Assembly (NCBI GenBank): GCA_964016885.1
Contig: OZ024745.1
Span: forward strand, 59,644,001 to 59,708,000
Source: Eledone cirrhosa
Lineage: Eukaryota
Length of the DNA: 64,000 nucleotides
Direction: 5' to 3'
Shown: piece after piece, positions 61,955 through 64,000 of the stretch
How positions within the stretch are numbered: the first letter of the stretch is position 1
Layout of the letters: the number at the start of each line of letters is the position of its first letter
Notes under the pieces: model-generated
Database searches by the model: none
What the model was told of the DNA's origin: nothing
Seen by the model: the letters and a program-made list of their open reading frames with translations, nothing else
Position numbers and translations under genes: made by a program

Positions 61955-64000
61955 AGTGAAAACCTCGACTTGGAGTGAAAACCTCGACTTGGAGTGAGAA
62001 CCTCGACTTGGAGTGAAAACCTCGACTTGGAGTGAAAACCTCGACTTGGAGTGAAAACCTCGACTTGGAGTGAAAACCTCGACTTGGAGTGAAAACCTCG
62101 ACTTGGAGTGAAAACCTCGACTTGGAGTGAGAACCTCGACTTGGAGTGAGAACCTCGACTTGGAGTGAAAACCTCGACTTGGAGTGAAAACCTCGACTTG
62201 GAGTGAAAACCTCGACTTGGAGTGAGAACCTCGACTTGGAGTGAAAACCTCGACTTGGAGTGAGAACCTCGACTTGGAGTGAGAACCTCGACTTGGAGTG
62301 AGAACCTCGACTTGGAGTGAAAACCTCGACTTGGAGTGAGAACCTCGACTTGGAGTGAAAACCTCGACTTGGAGTGAGAACCTCGACTTGGAGTGAAAAC
62401 CTCGACTTGGAGTGAAAACCTCGACTTGGAGTGAAAACCTCGACTTGGAGTGAAAACCTCGACTTGGAGTGAGAACCTCGACTTGGAGTGAAAACCTCGA
62501 CTTGGAGTGAGAACCTCGACTTGGAGTGAGAACCTCGACTTGGAGTGAAAACCTCGACTTGGAGTGAAAACCTCGACTTGGAGTGAAAACCTCGACTTGG
62601 AGTGAAAACCTCGACTTGGAGTGAAAACCTCGACTTGGAGTGAAAACCTCGACTTGGAGTGAAAACCTCGACTTGGAGTGAAAACCTCGACTTGGAGTGA
62701 GAACCTCGACTTGGAGTGAGAACCTCGACTTGGAGTGAAAACCTCGACTTGGAGTGAGAACCTCGACTTGGAGTGAGAACCTCGACTTGGAGTGAGAACC
62801 TCGACTTGGAGTGAGAACCTCGACTTGGAGTGAGAACCTCGACTTGGAGTGAAAACCTCGACTTGGAGTGAGAACCTCGACTTGGAGTGAAAACCTCGAC
62901 TTGGAGTGAAAACCTCGACTTGGAGTGAAAACCTCGACTTGGAGTGAAAACCTCGACTTGGAGTGAAAACCTCGACTTGGAGTGAAAACCTCGACTTGGA
63001 GTGAGAACCTCGACTTGGAGTGAAAACCTCGACTTGGAGTGAGAACCTCGACTTGGAGTGAAAACCTCGACTTGGAGTGAGAACCTCGACTTGGAGTGAG
63101 AACCTCGACTTGGAGTGAGAACCTCGACTTGGAGTGAAAACCTCGACTTGGAGTGAGAACCTCGACTTGGAGTGAAAACCTCGACTTGGAGTGAAAACCT
63201 CGACTTGGAGTGAGAACCTCGACTTGGAGTGAAAACCTCGACTTGGAGTGAGAACCTCGACTTGGAGTGAGAACCTCGACTTGGAGTGAAAACCTCGACT
63301 TGGAGTGAGAACCTCGACTTGGAGTGAAAACCTCGACTTGGAGTGAAAACCTCGACTTGGAGTGAAAACCTCGACTTGGAGTGAAAACCTCGACTTGGAG
63401 TGAAAACCTCGACTTGGAGTGAGAACCTCGACTTGGAGTGAAAACCTCGACTTGGAGTGAAAACCTCGACTTGGAGTGAGAACCTCGACTTGGAGTGAAA
63501 ACCTCGACTTGGAGTGAGAACCTCGACTTGGAGTGAAAACCTCGACTTGGAGTGAAAACCTCGACTTGGAGTGAAAACCTCGACTTGGAGTGAGAACCTC
63601 GCCTTGGAGTGAAAACCTCGACTTGGAGTGAAAACCTCGACTTGGAGTGAAAACCTCGACTTGGAGTGAAAACCTCGACTTGGAGTGAGAACCTCGACTT
63701 GGAGTGAAAACCTCGACTTGGAGTGAGAACCTCGACTTGGAGTGAAAACCTCGACTTGGAGTGAAAACCTCGACTTGGAGTGAAAACCTCGACTTGGAGT
63801 GAGAACCTCGACTTGGAGTGAAAACCTCGACTTGGAGTGAGAACCTCGACTTGGAGTGAGAACCTCGACTTGGAGTGAAAACCTCGACTTGGAGTGAGAA
63901 CCTCGACTTGGAGTGAAAACCTCGACTTGGAGTGAGAACCTCGACTTGGAGTGAAAACCTCGACTTGGAGTGAAAACCTCGACTTGGAGTGAAAACCTCG
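61955..64000 (+). repeat. Marker-poor satellite domain made almost only of the two canonical A- and G-type monomers
   Basis: About 107 monomers with only one rare variant seen (GCCTT at 63601) and no 18-bp monomers. Confidence 0.85.

Larger units (their letters stand above)
1..64000 (+). repeat. 19-bp tandem satellite array, consensus ACCTCGACTTGGAGTGA(A/G)A, 3,372 complete monomers, head-to-tail, running off both window edges
   Basis: Directly visible on every line. The first monomer starts at 1 and the last partial monomer at 63995. 63994 = 3372x19 - 74, which matches my count of 74 one-base-short monomers. No inversion or foreign sequence seen. Confidence 0.99.

Noticed and set aside
1-64000. 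CRISPR array
   Set aside because: The repeats are directly adjacent with no unique spacers, leader or cas genes.
1-64000. Plasmid iterons (19-bp length and TGGAGTGAAA end recall the P1 RepA iteron end TGGAGGGAAA)
   Set aside because: Iterons occur as a few spaced copies beside a rep gene and an AT-rich origin. Here there are thousands of contiguous copies and no gene, and the rest of the monomer does not match.
1-64000. CENP-B box, G-quadruplex or strong hairpin/cruciform motifs
   Set aside because: There is no TTCG....A..CGGG match and no GGG runs. Self-complementarity is limited to TCGA and a 3-bp CTC/GAG stem, and no inverted monomers were seen.
1-64000. Purely synthetic or rolling-circle/sequencing concatemer artefact
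   Set aside because: A concatemer would give one fixed period with random errors. The nested, position-dependent shared variants and variable HOR lengths look like an evolved array. Local misassembly cannot be excluded.

Overview
The whole 64-kb window is one uninterrupted, single-orientation tandem satellite array of a 19-bp monomer, ACCTCGACTTGGAGTGA(A/G)A (~50% GC). Phase counting gives 3,372 complete monomers plus a 6-bp remnant. The net loss is 74 bases: 73 recurrent 18-bp monomers reading TCGATTGG and one A-run deletion near 61904. I see no genes, RNA genes, transposon insertions, inversions or unique spacer DNA. The long minus-strand ORFs are translation artefacts: the monomer has no stop codon on that strand and 19 is not a multiple of 3. 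The real structure is in the variants. One site is A/G dimorphic and about a dozen rare markers recur. Together they show a nested hierarchy: 19-bp monomer, 38-bp dimer, ~380-530-bp cassettes, 1.3-4.1-kb higher-order repeats (23 copies of one anchor motif), and 3.5-7.5-kb block duplications. Marker lineages turn over from left to right, and the last ~2 kb is almost marker-free. I do not recognise the satellite family or organism. A centromeric, pericentromeric or subtelomeric eukaryotic origin is inference. All counts and coordinates were made by eye.
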